Shown piece by piece: positions 10,881 to 20,205 of a stretch of DNA of 64,000 nucleotides (within the stretch, counting starts at the first letter, position 1; each line of letters starts with the position of its first letter). Under the pieces are notes generated by a model. The model was given only the letters and a program-made list of their open reading frames with translations. It was not told the origin of the DNA and did no database searches. The DNA lies in contig CAVXGR010000015.1 in the NCBI GenBank assembly GCA_963761335.1, positions 320,001 through 384,000 of the forward strand, given 5' to 3'. A program made the translations under genes and the position numbers. Origin of the DNA: an uncultured delta proteobacterium. Its GTDB lineage: Bacteria > Desulfobacterota > Binatia > HRBIN30 > BPIQ01.

Positions 10881-10913
10881 CCGTCCTCCCGCCGGCGCGC
10901 CGCCGAGCGGCGA

Positions 10914-11873
10914 TCAGCCGGTCGTGGTCAGTCTCGCCCCCCGGGGGGCTCGCCGCGGCCGCAGCTTCTGCACCGACCAGAAGTGCAGCGCCAGCTGCTC
11001 CCGCACCGCCAGGCCGACGTCCAGGTCCCAGCAATTGACGATGGCCAGCCGGAAGCCTCCGGGCGGCATGGCATGGGCCTTCGGCAGCTTGTTCTCGTGA
11101 AAGGTGATCTGGATGCTCGACACCTCGGCGTGTCGCCGCAGCTCGGCGATGACTGCCGGATCGACCTTCTTGTAGCGCGGCCCATGGCCGCCGAAGAGGA
11201 CGACGCTGTAGCCGGTGCGCCGGGCTGTGTCGCCGTAGCTCCAGGATCCGTGGGCGTAGAGGTCGATGACGCTCTCGACCCAGCCGGGGCCGTAGAGGTC
11301 GACCCACTGGTCGCTCATGCGCAGATGCGCCTCGATGATCTGACCGCCGATGGTCTCGAAGTTGACGATGCCGGTGTAGCCTTTCAGGTTGGCGCCGAGC
11401 CACTGCCCGCAGTAGTCTTCGATCTTGGGCCGGGCCTCGGCGAGCACCGTCCAATAGTCGAACATGCCTTCGGGCAACGCCTTGCCGATGGCGTGTCGCC
11501 ACCACTGCGCATGCCCGCCGACCACGGCGACGTCGCTGCTCACGTGCTCGCCGGTGAGCAGCGGCATCCACATGTTCCCGGGGGCCTGCTCGCGACCGTA
11601 GTCTTCGAGCGACTCGATGATCTTCGTGCCGGTGCCCATCCCCCGCATGTTGTAGATCGGCTTGCTGAACACGGGGAAGCGCGGCGGGATCATGCCGTGT
11701 GGACCACACTCGAGGCCTTGGGTTTCGGCGATCAGCAGCTTGTTGTAGATCCAGCGATGCTGCGGATAGAGGCGATAGGCGTCGGCGTCGTCCGTGGGAA
11801 TGACCACGTCATCGGGACAGGGTACGCCCTCGAAGTACTGCGTGCGCCACGGATCGTTCTCGAGGATCGGCAT
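10914..11873 (-). CDS. Conserved hypothetical protein, probable ATP-grasp-like fold
   Basis: YNK, FPVFSKPIYN, GEHVSSD and IIEAHLR resemble ATP-grasp motifs; coding-like composition. Confidence 0.6.
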   Translation of the reverse strand: MPILENDPWRTQYFEGVPCPDDVVIPTDDADAYRLYPQHRWIYNKLLIAETQGLECGPHGMIPPRFPVFSKPIYNMRGMGTGTKIIESLEDYGREQAPGNMWMPLLTGEHVSSDVAVVGGHAQWWRHAIGKALPEGMFDYWTVLAEARPKIEDYCGQWLGANLKGYTGIVNFETIGGQIIEAHLRMSDQWVDLYGPGWVESVIDLYAHGSWSYGDTARRTGYSVVLFGGHGPRYKKVDPAVIAELRRHAEVSSIQITFHENKLPKAHAMPPGGFRLAIVNCWDLDVGLAVREQLALHFWSVQKLRPRRAPRGARLTTTG

Positions 11874-12053
11874 GCCTCAGCGACGAGTAACGGTCTTGGT
11901 CGCCGAGGTCAATTGGCGTCGACGGCCATTGCCGTGCTCATGTTCACGGCATCCGGGGAATCGGTCTTCCCATGACACTGCCGCTCGGATTGCTTCCCCA
12001 GCGCCACGGGCCAGACTGTCCTTGGTTCGCATCTTGCTTTTGCGACAATCGAG

Positions 12054-12320
12054 GTGATGGCAATGACGCCCTTCATGATTGTCGGCACGCTCGGCGGTAT
12101 GGTTTGGATGATCCCCTGCGCTTCTGTGGAAATGAGTTTCCCCCTGGCGCCGATCTTCTGGGCGATCTCGGCACTGCTGGTGACCTGCGGCCTCGCGATT
12201 CTGGTATCTCGGGACCCGGCGCCGCCGACCCTGCGATTCCCTTCAGCGGGCCCGCGGCGCGGCAGATCGGGCCTGGTGGCCCGCTCGCACGCCGTCGGCT
12301 ACCCGCACCACACGACCTGA
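12054..12320 (+). CDS. Small membrane protein (two hydrophobic segments)
   Basis: SD GAGGTG upstream; two hydrophobic stretches. Confidence 0.45.
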   Translation: MMAMTPFMIVGTLGGMVWMIPCASVEMSFPLAPIFWAISALLVTCGLAILVSRDPAPPTLRFPSAGPRRGRSGLVARSHAVGYPHHTT

Positions 12321-12440
12321 GCAGACCGCCCAGCCGCAGTCGGGGAAATGCGGATCGTGTCGCCGCATATGCCCACGACGCCGCCTTTGTGATAGAGAGC
12401 ATCTGCTCGAGTGAAGCTCCCGAATCCCAAAGGAGGAGTC

Positions 12441-12860
12441 ATGGCTGCCACTGCACCGAAGAAGCGTTCGCCGGCGGCGAAGCGTCGGCCCGCCCCCCGG
12501 CGGGCTCCGGCGCGAGCCGGAATGCCGCGCGAGGCGCGGGCGGCGTACGCCGAGGTTCAGCAGAGTCTTCGCCATCTGGAGAGATCGATTGCCGAGGTTC
12601 AACAGGGATTGCGCAAGGCGGAGCGCAAGATCGAGGCGGATGCGCGCGGGCGGATCAGCGGTCTCCGCAAGGACGCGCGCGCGCAAGTGAAGCTCTTGCA
12701 GGCGCGTCGCCGTGAGGCCGGCGTCAAGCTGAAGCAGCTGTCCGCGGCGGCAGGCGAATCATGGCAGGACGTCAAGCAGTCGGCGGACTCGATTCTCGCC
12801 GATGCGCGGGCCACCGCCAGCTCGATCGTCGAGCGCTTCCGCGGGATCCTGGCCGACTGA
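12441..12860 (+). CDS. Basic coiled-coil hypothetical protein
   Basis: Strong SD AAGGAGGAG before ATG 12441; K/R-rich N-terminus and heptad pattern. Confidence 0.65.
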   Translation: MAATAPKKRSPAAKRRPAPRRAPARAGMPREARAAYAEVQQSLRHLERSIAEVQQGLRKAERKIEADARGRISGLRKDARAQVKLLQARRREAGVKLKQLSAAAGESWQDVKQSADSILADARATASSIVERFRGILAD

Positions 12861-13045
12861 GAGTCGTCTCAGCGCCGTCGCGGTGCGCGTCCGGCTTTCG
12901 CTGCAGCCGTACCTTTGGCGCCGGGGCGGGCGCCTCGGTTTTCGCCCGTTCTGAAGGATGAGCTCTCACCGCCCCTCTTCCGCCGTTTGACCCGTCGGCC
13001 GCGTCGGACTAAACGGTCGCGGGCGCGAGAAAAAGGGGGAGCGAA

Positions 13046-13435
13046 GTGTTCACTTCCGAGGCGACGACACGCGGGATCCGTATTCGCGTGCGTTCGAGCT
13101 ATGTGGCCGAGCGCTCGGAGCCGGACCAAGGCCAGTGGTTCTTCATCTACAATGTGCACATCTCCAACCTGGGCACGGAGACTGCCCAGCTGGTCAGCCG
13201 TCACTGGATCATCACCGACGGCAATGGGCACGTGGAAGAGGTGCGCGGTCCGGGAGTGGTCGGCGAGCAGCCGGTGCTGCCGCCCGGCGAGTCCTTCGAG
13301 TACACCTCCGCGTGCCCGCTGCGCACGCCGTTCGGCACCATGCACGGCACCTACCAGATGGTGACCAAGCAGGGTGAGACCTTCGACGCCGAGGTCGCAC
13401 CGTTCTCGCTGGCCGAGCCCCACGCGGTGAACTGA
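13046..13435 (+). CDS. apaG: ApaG (Co2+/Mg2+ efflux-associated protein)
   Basis: QLVSRHWIITDGNG..VRGPGVVGEQP..GTMHGTY signature. Confidence 0.95.
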   Translation: MFTSEATTRGIRIRVRSSYVAERSEPDQGQWFFIYNVHISNLGTETAQLVSRHWIITDGNGHVEEVRGPGVVGEQPVLPPGESFEYTSACPLRTPFGTMHGTYQMVTKQGETFDAEVAPFSLAEPHAVN

Positions 13436-13464
13436 GGGGAAGCGCCGGCGACCCGAGGGTTGAA

Positions 13465-13766
13465 GAGGTTGTCTCAATACCGCGCCCGCGCCCCTGCGGG
13501 GCGCGTATCGGGGAAGCCGACGCGCCGTTCCCCGGGTTGCACCCGGGGCTACATGCCCGCGCCGCTCCGCGGCTCAATCCCCGACGCCTCCCCATCTCCC
13601 CGGTTGAGCCGGGCTTTCCCGGGGATGCACCCGCGGTCCTCGGGGTTTGGACGTCATTCGCCCCGCAGGGGCGCGGGCATGTAGCCCCGGGTCGAAGACC
13701 CGGGGAACCCGAAGCCGGTCTGGGTTGCGCCCCGCAGGGGCGCGGGCGCGGTTTTGAGTCAGCCTC
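13465..13766. mobile_element. MITE (302 bp) with GAGGYTGTCTCAA-type TIRs carrying an inverted pair of REP-like units; TGAA target duplication
   Basis: GAGGTTGTCTCAA at 13465 and TTGAGTCAGCCTC ending at 13766. TGAA at 13461-64 and 13767-70. Internal GCCCCGCAGGGGCG and CATGTAGCCCCGGG hairpins in both orientations. Confidence 0.7.
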
Positions 13767-13863
13767 TGAAACCCCCGGCAGTGGGAACGGAGCGCGCCCG
13801 CGCTGAAGAAGCGCCCTGGCAGTTCAAAGGGACATCGGCAGAGCGCCGGCGCGGTGCTTCCGC

Positions 13864-14289
13864 TCAGTACCTGACCTGGTAGAGCAGGTAGTAGATCAGC
13901 CAGCCGCTGCCGGCGACGTACAGCCAGATGGGCAGCGTGATGCGCGCGAAGCGGCGGTGCGTGCGGTAGTCGCGTTTCCACAGCGCCAGGTAGATGAGCC
14001 AGACCGCGAGCGGTCCGAGCATCATGGCGAAGATAATGTGGGGAACGAGGTTGGTGAAGTAGATCACCTTCCAGCCGCCGGTGCCGGTGAAGTGCTTCGA
14101 CCCGTAGAGGGACCAGCGGGTGACGTAGAACACCAGGAACAGCCCCGCCATCGTCGTCGCCGTGAGCATGGCGTTGCGGTGGCGGCGCATGTCGCGCACC
14201 CAGCGGATGAAGTACCAGCCGATCAGCAGGCTGACGCCGCTGAGCACGATGCAGGCGGTGCTGATTGCCGTTAGAGTCTGTAGCGACAT
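13864..14289 (-). CDS. DUF420 family membrane protein
   Basis: Four TM segments; HRNAM, FLVFY, HRRFARITLPIWLYV motifs. Confidence 0.85.
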   Translation of the reverse strand: MSLQTLTAISTACIVLSGVSLLIGWYFIRWVRDMRRHRNAMLTATTMAGLFLVFYVTRWSLYGSKHFTGTGGWKVIYFTNLVPHIIFAMMLGPLAVWLIYLALWKRDYRTHRRFARITLPIWLYVAGSGWLIYYLLYQVRY

Positions 14290-14342
14290 CGCCAGTAGAC
14301 TGATCGATTGCGGCGGGCAACTCAATAACCCGACAACCTGAT

Positions 14343-15716
14343 TCAGGCGCGGCGCAGGTGCCAGGCGCGCGGCTGGAGGAAGGTGCGGATGCCATGGGTC
14401 GAGAGGGTCACGCCGACGCCGGAGTGGCCGCGGCCGGACCAGGGCAGTCGCGGGCTGACGCGGTCGCAGCAGTTCCAGTAGGAGGTGCCGCTGCGCACCT
14501 GGCGGAGGATCGTCTCGGCGCGTTGGCGGTCGGGTGTGTAGACGCCGGCGGTGAGGCCGTACGCGGTGTCGTTCATGAGGGCGATCGCTTCGGCGTCGCC
14601 GCCGACCTTCTGGATGCCGATCACGGGGCCAAAGCTCTCGGCGCGCATCACCTCCATGCGGTGGTCGACGTCGACCAGTACCGTCGGCTCGAAGAAGTTG
14701 CCGGGGCCGTCGGCGCGATGGCCGCCGCAGAGGAGACGGGCGCCGTGCGCCAGGGCGTCCCGCACCTGCGCCTCGAGGACCTCGACCTGCGCGGCACGCG
14801 CCAGCGGGCCGATGTAGGTCGCCTCGTCGCGCGGATCGCCGCGGCGAAAGCCGCGCACCTGCGCGGTGAAAGCCTCGACGAAGGGATCGAAGAGGTCGCG
14901 GTGGACGTAGATGCGCTCCACGGCGCAGCAGCTCTGGCCGGTGTTGTAGAAGGCGCCGTCGGCGGCCGATGCCGCAGCGCTCTCCACCGTGGCGTCGTCA
15001 CAGACGTAGAGCGGATCCTTGCCGCCGAGCTCCAGCTGCAGGTGCAACATGCGTTCGGCGACGGCGGCGGCGATGGCGCGGCCGGTGGCGTACGAGCCGG
15101 TGAAGAAGATGCCGTCGATTCGCTGGCGCAGCAGCTCGGCTCCGGCGCTGCCGTCGCCGATCACGGCGATCATGCAGTCCTCCGGGACACCGGCCTCGTG
15201 CAGCAGGCGAGTGATGGCCAGGCCGCTGAGCGAGGCGTACTCGGAGGGCTTGTAGAGGACGCAGTTACCGGTGAGCAGGGCCGGGACGAAGACGTTGCTG
15301 CCGACGAAGTAGGGATAGTTCCAGGCGGAGATGTTGGCGATCGTTCCCAGGGGCTCGTGGGAGATGCGCTCCTCCATGGCGTCCTCGCGCAGGACCACTT
15401 CGTCGGCGATGACCGCGGCGGTGTGCTCGAGGAAGAAGCGCACGCGCCCGGCGGTGCCGCCGATCTCGGCACGCGCCTGCGACACCGGCTTGCCCATCTC
15501 CGCGGTGAGCGTCTCTGCCAGTGACTCGCGCTGCTCGAGGAGCGCGTCGGCGAAACGCGCGAGGGCGGCGAGGCGCTCCTCGAGCGGTCGCGCCGCCCAT
15601 GCCGGCTGCGCCGCCCGGGCGCGCCCTACCTTGGCGGCGACGGCCGCTGCGGTGTCGGCCTCCAGCCGATCGATCTCGGCGCCGGTCGCCGGGTTGACTA
15701 CGCGGATATGGTTCAC
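14343..15716 (-). CDS. Aldehyde dehydrogenase family protein
   Basis: AWNYP, FTGS, LELGGKDP, catalytic GQSCC, ESFGP. Start codon uncertain. Confidence 0.92.
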   Translation of the reverse strand: MNHIRVVNPATGAEIDRLEADTAAAVAAKVGRARAAQPAWAARPLEERLAALARFADALLEQRESLAETLTAEMGKPVSQARAEIGGTAGRVRFFLEHTAAVIADEVVLREDAMEERISHEPLGTIANISAWNYPYFVGSNVFVPALLTGNCVLYKPSEYASLSGLAITRLLHEAGVPEDCMIAVIGDGSAGAELLRQRIDGIFFTGSYATGRAIAAAVAERMLHLQLELGGKDPLYVCDDATVESAAASAADGAFYNTGQSCCAVERIYVHRDLFDPFVEAFTAQVRGFRRGDPRDEATYIGPLARAAQVEVLEAQVRDALAHGARLLCGGHRADGPGNFFEPTVLVDVDHRMEVMRAESFGPVIGIQKVGGDAEAIALMNDTAYGLTAGVYTPDRQRAETILRQVRSGTSYWNCCDRVSPRLPWSGRGHSGVGVTLSTHGIRTFLQPRAWHLRRA

Positions 15717-15719
15717 GGG

Positions 15720-15818
15720 TTCAGGAGTTCTCGGGTTCACGAGTTACTGATTCCTCCCCTCAACACCCAACACCCAACACCCAACACCTCAACCCGATAA
15801 CCCGCCAACCCGATAGCC
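15720..15818. repeat. Degenerate 7/8-nt tandem repeats (CAACACC x4, AACCCGAT-like)
   Basis: Read directly in the intergenic sequence. Confidence 0.6.
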
Positions 15819-15823
15819 ATCTC

Positions 15824-16924
15824 TCAATGCATCTCCTCCATCAACCAGGCGGCGGTGTCTTCCGGAAGGTCGGGGATCCGACTCATGAACTCCTCGACGT
15901 CCTCGCCGATGAGGCTGCCGCTCAGGTTCTCGCGCAGGAACTCGTGATACCTGCGGGCGACGCGCTCACTGAGGAGCCCGCAGCGCCGCAGGGTGGGGAT
16001 GACGAAGCCCTGCACTGGGCCGAGTCGCCGGCCCTTCTTCATTCCGGCGGTGAGCTGCGGCATCTCCGCCCGGGTGCAGTTGATCAGCTCGACGGCGTCG
16101 ATGCCCACCTCGGTCCAGATCTGCAGGACCGTGCTGAGCAACGCCTGCTGGTTGCGATTGTCGACCAGAGTGCGCGCCGCCTCGAGGGCGAAGTCCTCCA
16201 GCTCGGCGCGGGCGCGGTCGTCGAGGCAGGGAACGCAGCGCTCGATGTACTGTACGCCGTAGGCGTGGTGGCGCGACTCGTCGCGGGCGACATAGGTGAG
16301 CAGATCCTTGAGGAGCGGCTCCTGGGTGAGGTTGCGCATCTCGCGGAAGCTGTAGAGCGCGAGCCCCTCGACGACGATCTGCATGCCGACGAGCTTCTTC
16401 ATCCAGCTGTCGGTCTCCAGGGTGGCATCGAGGATGCGCTTGAGAGGCGGGGCAATCGGGCGGATCTGGTCGAGCTTGTCGATGTAGCGGGCGAAGACCT
16501 CGACGTGGCGCGCCTCGTCCATCGTCTGGGTGGCGGCGTAGAACTTGGCGTCGGTGTGGGGCACGGCGTTGACGAGCTGCGCGGCGACCATGAGCGCGCC
16601 CTGCTCGCCGTGCAGGAAGTTGCTCAGGCGGAAGGCGGCGGTGCGGCGCGTCAGCTCCCACACCGTCTCCTCGCTGAACGACTTCCAGTACGACGTCTGC
16701 TCGATGGGAATGGCGGTGCCGAGCGGCGTCGTGGAGAACTTCTGCTGGTCGATCGGCCGGTCCCATTCGATGTCCCGCTCCCCCACCCACTGTGCCTCGG
16801 CGGCCTTCACGTACAAGCGGCGGAGCTCTTCGACCTCGGGGTCGTAGTTCCACTGGTAGATGACCTTCATGGCCGTCTCCATGCCGGGCTCCTGCGTCGG
16901 AGTGGTGACGTCGAAATCGCTCAT
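15824..16924 (-). CDS. Ferritin-like diiron protein (AurF / aldehyde-deformylase-like superfamily)
   Basis: HGEQGAL, DEARH, VEGLA, DESRH: paired ExxH diiron ligands. Confidence 0.85.
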   Translation of the reverse strand: MSDFDVTTPTQEPGMETAMKVIYQWNYDPEVEELRRLYVKAAEAQWVGERDIEWDRPIDQQKFSTTPLGTAIPIEQTSYWKSFSEETVWELTRRTAAFRLSNFLHGEQGALMVAAQLVNAVPHTDAKFYAATQTMDEARHVEVFARYIDKLDQIRPIAPPLKRILDATLETDSWMKKLVGMQIVVEGLALYSFREMRNLTQEPLLKDLLTYVARDESRHHAYGVQYIERCVPCLDDRARAELEDFALEAARTLVDNRNQQALLSTVLQIWTEVGIDAVELINCTRAEMPQLTAGMKKGRRLGPVQGFVIPTLRRCGLLSERVARRYHEFLRENLSGSLIGEDVEEFMSRIPDLPEDTAAWLMEEMH

Positions 16925-17700
16925 GGCTCTTCTCCTCGGGGATTGCGGTGACCGACTTCGCTCGCCGGCCGCGATTCGTCGGGCGTCTCGGCTTCGCCGA
17001 GCAGGCGGATGACTCGGTGGAGGTTGTTGATCGCTTCGTCCGGGCGGCCGGCGTCGATTGCGGCCAGGCAGGCGTCGATGATGGTAACCGTATGGGCGGG
17101 ATCGCGGCGCAGGCGGTGGCGCATCTCGCGCATGGGCGGCGAGGCGAGCAGGTCGCGCGAGCGCCGCGCCAGCATCTGCCAGACGCGGTTGCGGGTCATG
17201 TCGGCAAGCACGACGATGACCTCGCGCGCCGCCGCAAAGCGCGCCTCGCGCTCCAGCCCGGTGTCGGCGATGCGGTTGCGCAGGGTGTGCATCGCCGCCA
17301 GCTCCTCCGGTCGCATGCGCGCAATCGCCAGGCGCGCCATCTCATAGAGCAGTGGCATCATGACCTCGCGCAGCTCGGCGAGCATGGCGGCGTCGAGGTG
17401 GCCGCGGCGGAAGACCATGGGTGCCAGCACCGAGAGCGATGCCTCGGTGAGTGGCTGCACGCGGGCTCCGTCGCCGTGGCGCACCGACACCAGGCCGAGG
17501 CCCTCGAGGACCTTGATGGCCTCGCGAACCGAGGTTCGGTTCACCTGGAACTCGACGGCGAGCTCGCGCTCCGGAGGCAGCTTCTCCCCCTCGCGCATGC
17601 GCCCATCGAGAATGGCATCGCGCAGCTGCTCGGCAACCGCTTCGTGCAGACGCCGGCGCAGAGGCGGCCGGAACGGCACCACTCGGGAGGACACGACCAT
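16921..17700 (-). CDS. FadR/GntR family transcriptional regulator
   Basis: GEKLPPERELA..VNRTSVREAI winged HTH plus FCD-like C-terminus. Start uncertain (17669-17700). Confidence 0.9.
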   Translation of the reverse strand: MVVSSRVVPFRPPLRRRLHEAVAEQLRDAILDGRMREGEKLPPERELAVEFQVNRTSVREAIKVLEGLGLVSVRHGDGARVQPLTEASLSVLAPMVFRRGHLDAAMLAELREVMMPLLYEMARLAIARMRPEELAAMHTLRNRIADTGLEREARFAAAREVIVVLADMTRNRVWQMLARRSRDLLASPPMREMRHRLRRDPAHTVTIIDACLAAIDAGRPDEAINNLHRVIRLLGEAETPDESRPASEVGHRNPRGEEP

Positions 17701-17707
17701 CGGAATA

Positions 17708-17743
17708 TTGGTCAGGTTATCCAGTGGTCCGACCAATTGTCAA
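17708..17743 (-). promoter_or_regulatory. Sigma-70 promoter with a FadR-type operator in the spacer
   Basis: Minus strand TTGACA (17743-17738), 18 nt, TAACCT. Palindrome TGGTCCGACCA at 17725-17735 matches the FadR-type TGGTxxGACCA box. Confidence 0.75.
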
Positions 17744-17804
17744 CTGGGAGCGCGGCCATCCTGGCCGCACCGCAGAGGCGGCCAGGATGGCCGCGCTCCC
17801 AGGT

Positions 17805-18092
17805 CTACAGCCGCCGGCACTCCGCCTTGGACGGCGGCGTGCGGGTGCAGGCGAGGGTGTCGGTCACCCCGGAGGCGAGGAGGGCGCAGGCGTTGTCGGT
17901 GGCCGAACGCAATCCCTCCTGCTCGGTCTTGCCGGTCACCGTGCGACAGGCTTGGCGGCCGTCGAACGAGATGCACACCTCGCACTCGTAGTCGCTGACG
18001 TGCAGGCTCGAGTAGACGACCACGGCGATCACCGGCAGCAGCACGACGACCGCCGCGATCGCATTGCGGTGACGGCGCTTCTTCTTCGGCAA
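17805..18092 (-). CDS. Small membrane-anchored Cys-rich hypothetical protein
   Basis: Basic N-terminus, one TM helix, six Cys. TTG start 20 nt after the ilvB stop. Confidence 0.6.
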   Translation of the reverse strand: MPKKKRRHRNAIAAVVVLLPVIAVVVYSSLHVSDYECEVCISFDGRQACRTVTGKTEQEGLRSATDNACALLASGVTDTLACTRTPPSKAECRRL

Positions 18093-18111
18093 GGTCCGCG
18101 GCGCCCCGTGA

Positions 18112-19989
18112 TCAGAAGTAGGCGTCCGGCTCTTCGGTCTTGGTGGTGGGCTGATCGCGGCTGGGTATGTACTTGCCGGTGATCATGTCCTTGTATCCCA
18201 TGCCCGGGCCGATCATCGGGTACACGTGCGCCGACTGGTCCACCATCACCTCGAGGAACGCCGGCCCGGGGTAGCGGACGAACTCCTCGAGGCGCGGCAT
18301 CACCTCGCCGTTCTCGACGGCGCGTTTGGCGAAGCCGAAGCCGTCTGCCTCCGCCGCCTTGACGAAGTCCTTCTTGTGCAGCGTCTTGTCGGTTCCCGAG
18401 TAGCGGTTGGCGTAGAAGAGATCCTGCCACTGGCGGACCATGCCGTCGCCCATGTTGTTGAGCAGCAGAACCTTGACGGGAATGTCGTAGTTGGTGAGCG
18501 TCTCCATCTCCCCGAGATTCATGCGGATGCTGCCGTCTCCGTCGACATCGATCACCAGCTTGCCGGGGTTCGCCAGCTGCGCGCCGATGGCGGCGGGCAG
18601 GCCGAAGCCCATGGTGCCCATGCTCCCCGAGGTGAGAAAGGTGCGGGGATGGACGAAATCGAGGTACTGGGCCGCCCACATCTGGTGCTGGCCGACGCCG
18701 GTGGTGACGATCGCCTCGCCGCCGGTGATGCGGTTCAGGCTCTCCAGCACGTACTCCGACTGGATCAGCTTGCTGTCGCGGTTGTAGCTGAGCGGATGAG
18801 CGCTGCGCAGCTGCCGCACGTGCGCGTGCCAGGCGCTGAAGTCCTTCTTGAAGCCCGCGCCGCCCTCGAGCAGCTGCGTCAGCCCGCGCTTGGCGTCGGC
18901 GACGTGCGCCCAGTCGAAGTTCTTCACCTTGCCGATCTCCGAGGCATCGACGTCGAGGTGCGCGATCACCGCGTGGGGCGCGAACTCCTTCACCTTGCCG
19001 GCCACCCGATCGTCGAAGCGCGAGCCGACCGCAAAGAGGAAATCACAATCCTCGACGGTGTAGTTCGCGAAGGCGGTGCCGTGCATGCCGAGCATGCGCA
19101 GCGACAGGTCGTCGCGGGTGTCGAGGGCGCCGATGCCCATCAGCGTGGTGACCACGGGGATGCCGAAGCGCTTCGAGAAGGCGCGCAGCTCGGCCGCGGC
19201 GTTGGAGTTGTTGACGCCGCCGCCGGCGTAGATGAGCGGGCGCTCCGAGGCGGCCAGCAGGCGGAAGAAGTCGTCGATCTCGGCCGCCGACATGGTGCGC
19301 GCGTCGAGCTCGTGCAGGCGCTCGTCGTAGCCGCGCAGCGGCAGGTGCCCGGATCCGTGGAAGACGCCCTCCGAGAGCTGCACGTCGCGGGGGATGTCGA
19401 CCACCACCGGGCCCGGGCGGCCGCTCCGGGCGATGGCGAAGGCGCTGCGGATGGTCGCCTCGGTCTTGCTCTCGTCGGTGAGCAGGAAGACGTGCTTGGC
19501 GCAGGCTGCCATGATGTTGAACACCGGCGCCTCCTGGAAGGCGTCGGTTCCCATGGCGGCGCGCGGCACCTGTCCGGTGATCAGCACCACCGGTACGGAG
19601 TCGGCCTGGCAGTCGCGGATCGGCGTGACCGTGTTGGTGGCCCCGGGGCCCGAGGTGACCACGAAGACGCCGACGCGGCCGCTCGAGCGGGCGTACCCCG
19701 CTGCCATGAATCCCGCGCCCTGCTCGGTGGCGGGCACGATCAGGCGGATCTCGTCCTCGCTGGCGTGCCCGGCGTTGTAGCGAAAGATGGCGTCATAGGT
19801 GGGCAGGATGGCGCCGCCGCTGTAGCCGAAGACGGTGTTCACCCCCTCGTCGGCCAGCACCTGCAGGATCATGTCGGCGCCGTTCATGCGGGTGCCGGCG
19901 AGCGGATGCGCCCGAGCGCCTTCAGCCGCTCGCGGCGAAGGCGGCCCCTGGCCGCGATTTCGCTGAGATTTCATCGATATCGCCATCAA
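18112..19989 (-). CDS. ilvB: Acetolactate synthase large subunit
   Basis: FGYSGGAIL, TSGPGATN, GQHQMW, TPP motif GDGS..LNN. Start may be 19977 or 19887. Confidence 0.93.
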   Translation of the reverse strand: MMAISMKSQRNRGQGPPSPRAAEGARAHPLAGTRMNGADMILQVLADEGVNTVFGYSGGAILPTYDAIFRYNAGHASEDEIRLIVPATEQGAGFMAAGYARSSGRVGVFVVTSGPGATNTVTPIRDCQADSVPVVLITGQVPRAAMGTDAFQEAPVFNIMAACAKHVFLLTDESKTEATIRSAFAIARSGRPGPVVVDIPRDVQLSEGVFHGSGHLPLRGYDERLHELDARTMSAAEIDDFFRLLAASERPLIYAGGGVNNSNAAAELRAFSKRFGIPVVTTLMGIGALDTRDDLSLRMLGMHGTAFANYTVEDCDFLFAVGSRFDDRVAGKVKEFAPHAVIAHLDVDASEIGKVKNFDWAHVADAKRGLTQLLEGGAGFKKDFSAWHAHVRQLRSAHPLSYNRDSKLIQSEYVLESLNRITGGEAIVTTGVGQHQMWAAQYLDFVHPRTFLTSGSMGTMGFGLPAAIGAQLANPGKLVIDVDGDGSIRMNLGEMETLTNYDIPVKVLLLNNMGDGMVRQWQDLFYANRYSGTDKTLHKKDFVKAAEADGFGFAKRAVENGEVMPRLEEFVRYPGPAFLEVMVDQSAHVYPMIGPGMGYKDMITGKYIPSRDQPTTKTEEPDAYF

Positions 19990-20055
19990 CTGGTCCTAGC
20001 TCTTTCTGGGAATCGCCGCAACGGAGCGGGTGGCGCATGGCGCATGGGGCGGTGG

Positions 20056-20199
20056 TTCGGTATCTCGGTGGCTCGGTTAGCTGGTTACCGGGTTTTCGAG
20101 TTGTCGAGCTAAAGCCCGCCGACAGGATCCGAACCCGATAATCCGACAACCCGGCAACCAATCCGCCGAGCCACCGAGCCACCGAGATACCGAGATACG
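20056..20199. repeat. Inverted arrays of degenerate 8-mers (CTCGGTGG / CCACCGAG)
   Basis: GTATCTCGGTGGCTCGG on the left and CCGAGCCACCGAGATAC on the right, with 8-nt periodicity. Confidence 0.7.
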
Positions 20200-20205
20200 T
20201 CTTAC

